Positions 9,293-17,228 of a DNA stretch of 64,000 nt are shown one piece after another; the first letter of the stretch is position 1, and each line of letters begins with the position of its first letter. The position numbers and the translations under genes are program-made. The DNA is from Candidatus Poriferihabitaceae bacterium (GTDB lineage Bacteria > Pseudomonadota > Gammaproteobacteria > Arenicellales > Poriferihabitantaceae), in NCBI GenBank assembly GCA_965249035.1, contig CBDFKV010000006.1, forward strand, positions 153,609-217,608. Reading direction: 5' to 3'. Under the pieces are notes generated by a model, which did not search any database, was not told the DNA's origin, and worked only from the letters and a program-made list of their open reading frames with translations.

Positions 9293-10084
9293 TTACACGT
9301 GCTTCACGTGGATAATCTCGGTCGACAGCTGATCACTAGCTGTCTGGTACAATGCCATATCAAGACTGTTCCGCCTTTCCACTTCATCATATAACGTATC
9401 GCCAAGCGCACTCATTAACTGCTGTCGTTTTTCTAAAATACTTAACTGTGAGGAAGCAGTGGAATTTTCATGCACATCGGAGATTTCCAGCACTTGACCA
9501 TCTGATAGCAGTTTTTGCTTGAGCACTAATAAAGATTGATTGAACCGATCAACCACCCCAACCATATAGCAGTTGCCAATAAATCTATTTGCCACCTTAA
9601 AACGCTCTTCAATGGGGGTATTACGCGGCAATACGGAAGTACAGTAATGAGTGAAATAATTCGCCACAACAATCGGCCGATGATCGAATCGCCAGCGCAA
9701 GTAGTCTGACAAATTATATTTCTTAGCCGCTTGGGCTCCCGGTGTATCTGCCTGCTGCTGACGCTCAAAGCGATAAACTGAGCCAATACGTTCAACCGGA
9801 TCTCGCAACAATACTATTGTCTTGTAATTAACACCATCACTACTTTCTAACGGTAAAGGCATACAGTGACTTGATATCGCTAACAGACCTGGGTGCGCAA
9901 AAATATATCGATCTAGATAATGCTGGCCTCCTTCGTGCATTAGCTCATCTTTCCGGTGATCACAAAATTTTTCAGCGAAATTATGATGCAATATTTTGTC
10001 TAAGGAAGTTCCAGCATTTTTAAAAATATGCCCATGAACCAGTACTACACGTTGACTAATAATATTCATTATTAACAATTTCAA
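9293..10084 (-). CDS. sulfotransferase-family protein
   Basis: 263 aa with a 5'-PSB-like HIFKNAGTS near the N-terminus and a 3'-PB-like VLLRDPVERIGSVYRF. Confidence 0.7.
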   Translation of the reverse strand: MKLLIMNIISQRVVLVHGHIFKNAGTSLDKILHHNFAEKFCDHRKDELMHEGGQHYLDRYIFAHPGLLAISSHCMPLPLESSDGVNYKTIVLLRDPVERIGSVYRFERQQQADTPGAQAAKKYNLSDYLRWRFDHRPIVVANYFTHYCTSVLPRNTPIEERFKVANRFIGNCYMVGVVDRFNQSLLVLKQKLLSDGQVLEISDVHENSTASSQLSILEKRQQLMSALGDTLYDEVERRNSLDMALYQTASDQLSTEIIHVKHV

Positions 10085-10427
10085 AAAATATATATAATTA
10101 ACTTCAAGGCATTACCCCTGCTGAATCTGTGCTTAATAATGTTGACGGACGACTCACTCACTTCTTTTCGGTAGCACTTACTGTTTTATACTGACATTGA
10201 TTTCCCAGAAAAGGTCTCTGGGCTATTCCCAATCAAACGATAATTCAGCCGTCATTGATGGCCTTTACGGCTTGAATTGCAAGGTTTAAAGAGTGTAATG
10301 CTCATACTTTATCCCATCATTAGCGCGGGGGAATTTCATACTGTAATTATACTGCAAAGTCCCTTGTAATCCCCCCATTTTTAATGGGAGTTTTAAGTAG
10401 AGCCATCTAGGCAGCATTCAGCAAATA

Positions 10428-11523
10428 TTAACTCACAGCTCAAATACCCTAAGAGGCGTACTTGATTGACGTGTGTTGAAAATATGATTTCACTCGCTCT
10501 GGCAGGGCCTGAAGCCTACGCATGTGGCTCAGCACTTTCTTCTCCAGTTGCGTTTGGGTACGAGCCGGGGAAGACGCTCGGATTCCCTGTTTAAGGTCGC
10601 AATTTAGATATTCATCCGGATTCATGTCGGGACTATAAGCGGGCAAGTAGTAAACCTCGATCTTGTCCTGATTTTCGTCCAGCCACTTTTTTACTACCTT
10701 GGCGTGATGAACACGCAAGTTGTCGAGTATCAAAAACACTCTATCATCACTATCTTTGATCAGCCGCTTCATAAAGCGAATCAATACCTTGGCGGTCATA
10801 TTTTCCCGGTAAGTCATGAACCGTAGCTTGCCTTGATTGTTGACCGCAGATATTAAATTGGTTCGAAAGCGCCGGGCACTCTTCGTCAGTACTGGCGTCT
10901 GACCTCGGGGGGCGTAGCCTCGCTCATGTTGGCATTGATTACTGATACCAGTTTCATCGCCCCAGTAGATCGTTCCACCCAGCAATGCTGCACGCTTTTG
11001 AATAAATGGGTAAGTTTCCTCCAACCAATCTATGGTGGCCTTGTCTGACCGTTCATAAGCATACTTGGTACCTTTCTGGGGCGTGTAGCCCCAGCGTTTC
11101 ATGTAGTCGCTGATGACTTGCTGGGAAACCAAAATGCCCCACATATCTTTCAATAGAGCGCGTAGAGCCGCGCTGCTCCACAGCGCAAATGGAAGCTGCA
11201 ACTGATCCGGACATTTGCCAACAACAATTTCCTGTAAGCATTTTTCCTGCGCCGCAGTCAGTAGCCGACCATCGCCATTACGTCGACCGCGCTGCCCTAT
11301 TTTCAGCGCCGACTCTCCGCCCGTCTGATAACGGCTGATCCACTCACATATCGTCTGATAGTGAACATCTACAATTTCAGCTATCTGTTTCCGGCTCATC
11401 CCTTTTTGAAACAACCGAACTGCTTGGTCTCGGTTATGTTGCTGAACATCGGTACTACGTTTGCGGGCATCTTTTCTCTCATCACCCATTATAACACTTA
11501 AGGGTATTTGAGTTGTGAGTTAA
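10428..11523 (-). mobile_element. IS630-family insertion sequence, copy B (1096 bp)
   Basis: Same IRs as copy A, with TA flanks at 10426-10427 and 11524-11525. Differs from copy A by a 1-nt indel near the transposase start (catcttttctc vs catcattttctc). Confidence 0.9.
10449..11489 (-). CDS. IS630-family DDE transposase
   Basis: 346 aa. Identical to ORF 5305-6342 apart from the N-terminus (MGDERKDARKR vs MMRENDARKR). Confidence 0.9.
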   Translation of the reverse strand: MGDERKDARKRSTDVQQHNRDQAVRLFQKGMSRKQIAEIVDVHYQTICEWISRYQTGGESALKIGQRGRRNGDGRLLTAAQEKCLQEIVVGKCPDQLQLPFALWSSAALRALLKDMWGILVSQQVISDYMKRWGYTPQKGTKYAYERSDKATIDWLEETYPFIQKRAALLGGTIYWGDETGISNQCQHERGYAPRGQTPVLTKSARRFRTNLISAVNNQGKLRFMTYRENMTAKVLIRFMKRLIKDSDDRVFLILDNLRVHHAKVVKKWLDENQDKIEVYYLPAYSPDMNPDEYLNCDLKQGIRASSPARTQTQLEKKVLSHMRRLQALPERVKSYFQHTSIKYAS

Positions 11524-11855
11524 TATCTTGGTGGTATACCACCAATTGCTGTATGCGGCCTTTCGTTATTGTACTGCCACATCCACTTTGTAGCCAACCA
11601 TTGTGCTTGCTCAACGGAGTCAAACAGGTGCAAGTCTAGCCACTCGTGACGAGCAGTACGGTTAAATCGTTCAATATAGGCATTCTGTGTCGGCTTGCCT
11701 GGTTGAATGTAGAGCAAAGTGATCTGATGCTTATTTGCCCAGTCAATCAGTTGATGACTTACGTATTCAGGGCCGTTGTCGCAGCGAATGGCACTCGGCT
11801 TACCACGCCACTCAATGACCTGTTCCAGCGCACGAATCACACGGCCGCTGGGTAA
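11524..11855 (-). pseudogene. IS3-family OrfB (rve integrase core) fragment, interrupted by IS630 copy B
   Basis: ...IRCDNGPEYVSHQLIDWANKHQITLLYIQPGKPTQNAYIERFNRTARHEWLD...NNERPHTAIGGIPPRY. Removing IS630-B and one TA continues the frame into 10427-10407 as ...PRY-LLNAA-stop. The N-terminal two-thirds is absent. Confidence 0.7.
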
Positions 11856-11856
11856 T

Positions 11857-11899
11857 GATAGTGTAATCCCCCAACTAATTTACGGGGGATTACACTATC
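11857..11899. repeat. 43-bp perfect hairpin that contains IS3-type termini
   Basis: gatagtgtaatccccc (11857-11872), loop aactaatttac, then gggggattacactatc (11884-11899): 16-bp perfect arms. Both arms contain the TGTAATCCCCC terminus that also occurs at 10365. Confidence 0.7.
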
Positions 11900-11977
11900 A
11901 CCGGTAGAATTTGAAGACCGACACCAAAAACAGCCAGAAGATGTCTAGGATTTTGGTGGCAATTCAAATGGTAATAA

Positions 11978-12667
11978 TTATTTAGAAAAATAACAGTTGG
12001 CAGAATGGTAGTCTTCAGGTAGACCTATGTCGATAAAATATCCATTACTTACATACGAATAAAATCCTGAGATCTTTTTTTCGAGAACTTCTTTTTCAAA
12101 AGAAAATTTTTGATCCAAAGAGAAATTATTTAAAAGCTCTTTTTTTAAATAATATATCCCTGAATTTATAATACCATCGCCTGCTCCTCCTTTTTCCAGC
12201 ACCGAAATAACTTTACTAGTAGCAGACAACTTGATCTGACCATACCTGCTAACATCTGAGACTTGGGCACCAACGATACAAAGACTTGCATCCATTTTTC
12301 TAGAATGATCGACAACCTTCGAACAGGAAACATCGCAGAATGAATCTCCATTAAAAACAAAGAACCTATCAGAAACAACCATCTCCATCGCATTTCTAAT
12401 AGCGCCCCCAGTACCTAATGGTTCAACTTCTTCAGAAAAAAGTATCTCTATATCTATAGGATTGTCTTCGAGCACTTGTGATTGAAAATATTCTGCTCGA
12501 TAACCAGTAGCTAAAATAGCTTTTGAGAATCCTTGCTTCTGTAGCTCTTGAAGTATCCAATAAACAAAAGGTTTACCTCCCACCAAAACCAGCGGTTTAG
12601 GTATATCTCCTGAAATACTTTTTAGCCGGGTTCCCTTTCCACCGACCAAGACTATTGCTTCCAACAC
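11978..12667 (-). CDS. hddC: sugar-1-phosphate nucleotidyltransferase, D-glycero-alpha-D-manno-heptose-1-phosphate guanylyltransferase-like
   Basis: 229 aa with N-terminal VLVGGKGTRLKSISGDIPKPLV (G-x-G-T-R-L pyrophosphorylase motif). Clustered with gmhA and a GHMP heptose kinase. Confidence 0.7.
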   Translation of the reverse strand: MLEAIVLVGGKGTRLKSISGDIPKPLVLVGGKPFVYWILQELQKQGFSKAILATGYRAEYFQSQVLEDNPIDIEILFSEEVEPLGTGGAIRNAMEMVVSDRFFVFNGDSFCDVSCSKVVDHSRKMDASLCIVGAQVSDVSRYGQIKLSATSKVISVLEKGGAGDGIINSGIYYLKKELLNNFSLDQKFSFEKEVLEKKISGFYSYVSNGYFIDIGLPEDYHSANCYFSK

Positions 12668-12672
12668 TAAAA

Positions 12673-13260
12673 TTATCCAAAAATTTGTTGTTCAACAATT
12701 GCACAAATAATGTGGCCTATACATATATGGCATTCTTGAATATTTGGTGTCGATTTCGAAGGCACAGCAAGACTGTAATCACAAAGAGAGCTCAAAACTC
12801 CTGCGTTACCACATAGAGCAACTGTTATTATCGCTTTCTCTTTCGCCACATCTACGGCTCGTACCACATTCTGAGAATTTCCTGAAGTACTAATACCTAT
12901 AAAAACATCCCCTTTAACTCCTTGTGCTTGTAGCTGCCTTGAGAACAAATTTTCATAGCCATAATCATTGCTAATCGCAGTTAACATGGATGTATCAGTG
13001 GTTAACGCCAAGGCTGGCAACCCTGGTCGATCAAAATAAAATCGGCTGACAAACTCTGCCGCTATGTGTTGTGAATCAGCCGCACTCCCGCCATTCCCTG
13101 CAAGAATCACTTTATTTCCACGCTGATAACAATCAATTATTAAATTAGTTACTGTGGAAATGTTTGCCAATAACAAGTCATCATCTAAAATATTTTGTTT
13201 AGTTCTAATGCTTTTTATTAAATACTTACTAATATAATTTAAATTGTCCATGAGGTACAC
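12673..13260 (-). CDS. gmhA: phosphoheptose isomerase (SIS domain)
   Basis: 195 aa with GNGGSAADSQHIAAEF and ISTSGNS motifs typical of GmhA. Overlaps the upstream gene's stop. Confidence 0.8.
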   Translation of the reverse strand: MYLMDNLNYISKYLIKSIRTKQNILDDDLLLANISTVTNLIIDCYQRGNKVILAGNGGSAADSQHIAAEFVSRFYFDRPGLPALALTTDTSMLTAISNDYGYENLFSRQLQAQGVKGDVFIGISTSGNSQNVVRAVDVAKEKAIITVALCGNAGVLSSLCDYSLAVPSKSTPNIQECHICIGHIICAIVEQQIFG

Positions 13261-14270
13261 CCTTCACTTACAAATTGCACGTTATATACTTGACCATCAA
13301 TCTTTCTTAAAGCTACTTGCAGGTTTGGTTTGTCAATCGGATCAACAAAAATCATCATAAACCCTCCACCACCTGCACCAGAAACTTTTAGAGATTTCGC
13401 ACCATTGTCAAAAGCGGTCTTTTCAATACCTTCTAATAACGGGTTAGTTATTGATTTAGAAGTATTTTTTTTGGCTTCCCACGAGTGACGCATTTCATTA
13501 ATCAGACCATCAATATCTCCTTTTAATAATAATTCTTTCATTTTAAAAGCAGCCTCTTTAACTTGATGCATTGCTTCCAACGACTTTCCGTCCTTATGGC
13601 CTATCGATTCCATTTGATCCTTAATAATGGTCGCCGAGTCTCGAGAAGCACCAGTATAAAATAACAACAAAGACGATTCAAGTTCACTAAATATGCGTGC
13701 GTGTATTCGCAATGGGTTAACTATTACTCTATTACCCCCATAAAACTCAATGAAGTTTACACCACCAAAAGTTGCAGCATATTGGTCTTGTTTTCCACCA
13801 GACAAACCGCAATCAGTACGTTCAATTTCGAATGCTAATTGAGCCACATCATATTCGCCTAAAGGAAGGCCTAACAAATATCGAAATGCCTCTATCATAG
13901 CAACGACCATGGTTGATGATGATCCGAGCCCAGATCCAGGAGGCGAATCGGAGTAGGTAATAACCTTGACCGGAAAGTTTTTACCGTCGCAATAGTCATC
14001 CACAATTCTCCTATACACCGCTCTATGTAAGGGCAGGTCTCCAGAAATTTCTAAATTATCATCTAAAGAAAATGACTCCTTTCGAGTCAAATCTTTTGCT
14101 TCAAAACTAATATCTGTTATAGCTTCATCTACCACCAAGGTACAATTTGCGTACATGTTTATAGTAGCATTCAAAACACACCCGCCAAATGTGTCGCTAT
14201 AAGGTGATACATCCGTTCCACCTCCGGCGACACCCAACCTAAGTGGCGCCCTTGTTCTTACTGTTTTCAT
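13239..14270 (-). CDS. hddA: GHMP-family sugar kinase, D-glycero-alpha-D-manno-heptose-7-phosphate kinase-like
   Basis: 343 aa with the GHMP motif PPGSGLGSSSTMVVA and an N-terminal RAPLRLGVAGGGTD. Confidence 0.7.
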   Translation of the reverse strand: MKTVRTRAPLRLGVAGGGTDVSPYSDTFGGCVLNATINMYANCTLVVDEAITDISFEAKDLTRKESFSLDDNLEISGDLPLHRAVYRRIVDDYCDGKNFPVKVITYSDSPPGSGLGSSSTMVVAMIEAFRYLLGLPLGEYDVAQLAFEIERTDCGLSGGKQDQYAATFGGVNFIEFYGGNRVIVNPLRIHARIFSELESSLLLFYTGASRDSATIIKDQMESIGHKDGKSLEAMHQVKEAAFKMKELLLKGDIDGLINEMRHSWEAKKNTSKSITNPLLEGIEKTAFDNGAKSLKVSGAGGGGFMMIFVDPIDKPNLQVALRKIDGQVYNVQFVSEGCTSWTI

Positions 14271-14282
14271 TTTAGTAGTTTG

Positions 14283-15320
14283 CGCTATGTTTGGATTACA
14301 TGTTGAGGCGCTGCTCTGAGTGCTTGATGCAAGAACAGTTGCCCAGTCATTTCATCAAGATGTTTATCAAGCATCCTTCGCCAACCGAGATAATTGGGTA
14401 GCCAGCGAGTTGCCACCCCATTAAACCGCCCCATCCAACGTTTCAGGCGGCTGTCATAAGCATTAACGTTTTGAACATGCCAAGTTCCTTTACCACCATG
14501 GCCATGATATCCCGCAACAAAATAGCCAGCCTCAAGGTTGAGGGATTTCGCCGCCACACCATAACTGGGATGTCCATCGGTCGATAAGACGGCATCCTTC
14601 GCTAGCGCAGGCTTGAGTACCTTTGTAAATGTTTTGGCTGTGCAGTCATCCAGAACAGCGTCACTGACCATTCGGCTGCCGCGCTGCATAACGATCATCA
14701 CCGGCACACGCTCTTTGCCATCTACACCCGATGAACCGCCACGCTTCCTGGCCTGACGGGGTAAGCGGCGCTGACCCTTATAAGAACGCCGGAATATCGT
14801 TTCATCCGCCTCAACAATGCCAGTCAAATTCTCGGCCTTATGCTCACGCAAGGCATCCAGGAAACGATGCCGCCATCGAAAACTGCGATCCACTGCTAAG
14901 CCCACCCGTTCAGCAGCTTTGCGAATACTCAAGCCCTCGACCATGCATTCGGCGTAGGCCAGCAACTTATCTTTATCGTTCAAGCGACAAAAGCCTGTGC
15001 CGGTTAAAGCTGTAAACGTTTTCAAGCAAGCTTTACAACGATAGCGCTGCTGACCGTTAGTTCTTCCATGACGAAAAATGTCGTCCGCTTGGCAATGTGG
15101 ACAAATCACTGCCCCGTCAAGACGCTCTTCCGTCAGTCGTAAACTACCGTGCTCGTCACTCATGGCCGACACCCTGCCTGATAGCAATTCGAACTGCTCC
15201 GGCGTTAAGCCTTCAAGACTGGCAACAAGTGCTTGATATTCGTCACGTTTCATAGCATTCTGTAAGTGGTTGTTATGGCTTGATTATACCATCTATTCAA
15301 CATTGATTCCGAACAGAGCG
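14283..15320 (-). mobile_element. IS1595-family insertion sequence, copy 2 (1038 bp)
   Basis: Same ends as copy 1, flanked by the 8-bp direct repeat GTAGTTTG (14275-14282 and 15321-15328). Sits in the 13-nt spacer between the stop of 15330-16340 and the ATG of hddA. Confidence 0.9.
14285..15253 (-). CDS. IS1595-family transposase
   Basis: 322 aa, identical to ORF 3765-4733. Confidence 0.9.
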   Translation of the reverse strand: MKRDEYQALVASLEGLTPEQFELLSGRVSAMSDEHGSLRLTEERLDGAVICPHCQADDIFRHGRTNGQQRYRCKACLKTFTALTGTGFCRLNDKDKLLAYAECMVEGLSIRKAAERVGLAVDRSFRWRHRFLDALREHKAENLTGIVEADETIFRRSYKGQRRLPRQARKRGGSSGVDGKERVPVMIVMQRGSRMVSDAVLDDCTAKTFTKVLKPALAKDAVLSTDGHPSYGVAAKSLNLEAGYFVAGYHGHGGKGTWHVQNVNAYDSRLKRWMGRFNGVATRWLPNYLGWRRMLDKHLDEMTGQLFLHQALRAAPQHVIQT

Positions 15321-15329
15321 GTAGTTTGC

Positions 15330-16340
15330 TTATCGAGTTAAAAACATGCGTCCAGAGCCAACACGCTCTCGCCAATAATTCAATAAATCTAACATGGTTT
15401 TCTCGAATGTAATTTCAGGCTCCCAACCTGTATGATCTCTAAATTTAGATATGTCAGGAACTTGCAAATCAGCGTCTATAGGTCTAAGCCTAGCTGTTTC
15501 AATTTCAACTTGTATATCTTTCACAGTCGACAATGAAATGAGGTGTTCGAGCATTTCCTTCACAGAGCAGGTAAATGCGCCGCCAATATTGTAGTATTCA
15601 CCAGCTATTGGATTATGAGTAACCAACAAATAATACGCTCTCACTGCATCACGGACATCTGACCAAGTCCTCAGCGAATCTAAATTCCCAGTCTTTACAA
15701 CCGGCGGAATCAGTCCTGCCTCAATCATTGCGATTTGCTTTGCAAACGTTGACTCAGCAAAAACATCACCTCGGCGAGGGCCGGTGTGTGTAAACATTCT
15801 AGTCGTCATAACTTTCATATTGTATGCCTCTCCATAATAACGCCCTATCAAGTCAGTACCACATTTCGATATTGCATAAGGGGAGGCAGGGTGGAATGAA
15901 CACTCTTCATCAATAGGCAACTTTTCCTTTGGAACGCGCCCAAATACTTCAGAAGAAGCACAGACATGAATCACGGGGTTAAATGCTGATTGATAAGTAG
16001 CTTCCAATAAGTTAGAAGTGCCTATTACATTAGTTTGAAGTGTTTCAGCAGGAGAGTCGAAGCTAGTTTTTGGGTAACTTTGCGCTGCTAAGTGAAATAT
16101 GTAGTCAGGCTCTGATTTTGCGATAACGTTCACTAATGAACCGAAATCATTCAAATCTGCATTTACAAAATAAAGCCGTTCTTCATCATTAGCTAGCTCA
16201 AGCAAATGCTCTACGTTATCTAAAGGGCTGCGCCAACGACACATTCCAAAAATATTCCAATCTGTATTTTCTAGTAGATAATCGCATAGGTGCGACCCAA
16301 CCATTCCAGTCACCCCAGTAATTAAAACATTTTCTGGCAC
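15330..16340 (-). CDS. GDP-sugar 4,6-dehydratase (Gmd/DmhA family, extended SDR)
   Basis: 336 aa with ITGVTGMVGSHL (Rossmann), FTHTGPRRGDVF (compare Gmd FNHESPRRG) and a C-terminal GWEPEITFEKTMLDLLNYW. Substrate (GDP-heptose vs GDP-mannose) cannot be resolved from sequence. Confidence 0.7.
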   Translation of the reverse strand: MPENVLITGVTGMVGSHLCDYLLENTDWNIFGMCRWRSPLDNVEHLLELANDEERLYFVNADLNDFGSLVNVIAKSEPDYIFHLAAQSYPKTSFDSPAETLQTNVIGTSNLLEATYQSAFNPVIHVCASSEVFGRVPKEKLPIDEECSFHPASPYAISKCGTDLIGRYYGEAYNMKVMTTRMFTHTGPRRGDVFAESTFAKQIAMIEAGLIPPVVKTGNLDSLRTWSDVRDAVRAYYLLVTHNPIAGEYYNIGGAFTCSVKEMLEHLISLSTVKDIQVEIETARLRPIDADLQVPDISKFRDHTGWEPEITFEKTMLDLLNYWRERVGSGRMFLTR

Positions 16341-16342
16341 AC

Positions 16343-17206
16343 TTACACCTCTATGATTGGGTTATAACTAATTAAAGGACGTTTCAAAACACCCTCGATG
16401 TATTTAGATTTCATTTTAATAATCTTTGGTCTGGCTGACCAAAAGGAGTCACTAGGAGCGCTCAAAGTATAGCTAAACTCAGGGTAACTCGTTCGTATTA
16501 TTTCTGCCATTTTCTTACGCGATAAACATTCAGGACCAGCAAAATTTACCACGGTCATCCAGCTTGGCCACTCTTGTTGACTTAGACAAATAAGGCTATC
16601 GGTAACATCATCGATCGAAATCACACTTCGACTTAGTCCTTCAAAAATATCTAGAGTTTTGCCTTTGATCATACATTCCTGAACAAGAAGAGAAAACCTA
16701 TCAAATGAAGACCAAACATAAGATAAACGAACAGGAAGCACCAGTTGGTTCCCGAAAAAGTAGCGTTCCACCTCCGCTTTCATCTCTGCGTAAACTCCAA
16801 GAGGCGACAGTTCAGATTTTTCATCAACCACCTGGGGACTCTCTCCATAAACTACATCACTTGAAATAAAAATAACCCTAGAACCTTCCGAAATAGCACT
16901 TTCTATAGCCGTAATCGTGTTGCTTACGTTAATTTTATACGCATATGTATACTGCGTGTTGCAAACATCAGGAGATGATTCCGCAGCTAAAAATATAATC
17001 GTGTCGTCTTTACCGACCTTACCAATTAGGTCAAAAGCACTTTCCAAATCAAATAGAAAATGACTACTGTCTAAACTGTCATTCCTTGCACCTACTCTAA
17101 ATGAAAGATTTCGTACTGAGAGTAACTCAGTTAGTTTTTTACCGATAAATCCAGATGCACCAAGCACAGTGATTTTGTTATTTAATTGGTTCGACATAGT
17201 CGCCAT
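16343..17206 (-). CDS. NAD(P)-dependent SDR epimerase/reductase (candidate 4-keto reductase)
   Basis: 287 aa with VLGASGFIGKKL (Rossmann) and a YAEMK catalytic dyad. Lies 2 nt downstream of the dehydratase gene. Confidence 0.6.
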   Translation of the reverse strand: MATMSNQLNNKITVLGASGFIGKKLTELLSVRNLSFRVGARNDSLDSSHFLFDLESAFDLIGKVGKDDTIIFLAAESSPDVCNTQYTYAYKINVSNTITAIESAISEGSRVIFISSDVVYGESPQVVDEKSELSPLGVYAEMKAEVERYFFGNQLVLPVRLSYVWSSFDRFSLLVQECMIKGKTLDIFEGLSRSVISIDDVTDSLICLSQQEWPSWMTVVNFAGPECLSRKKMAEIIRTSYPEFSYTLSAPSDSFWSARPKIIKMKSKYIEGVLKRPLISYNPIIEV

Positions 17207-17228
17207 GGTAATTAAAATAAAAATGTGT

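Larger units (their letters stand above)
10365..11894 (-). mobile_element. internally deleted IS3-family element that hosts IS630 copy B
   Basis: The plus strand begins tgtaatcccccc (10365) and ends gggggattaca (11894), i.e. TG...CA termini. Only the C-terminal third of orfB remains. No matching 3-bp flanking duplication (cct vs cta). Confidence 0.55.

Noticed and set aside
15317-15324. agcggtag, a 7-of-8 match to the ops/JUMPStart core GGCGGTAG used by RfaH in polysaccharide operons
   Set aside because: It is on the wrong strand for the minus-strand operon and is created by the junction of the IS end with its target duplication. I found no convincing ops element in the true leader region (25030-25120).
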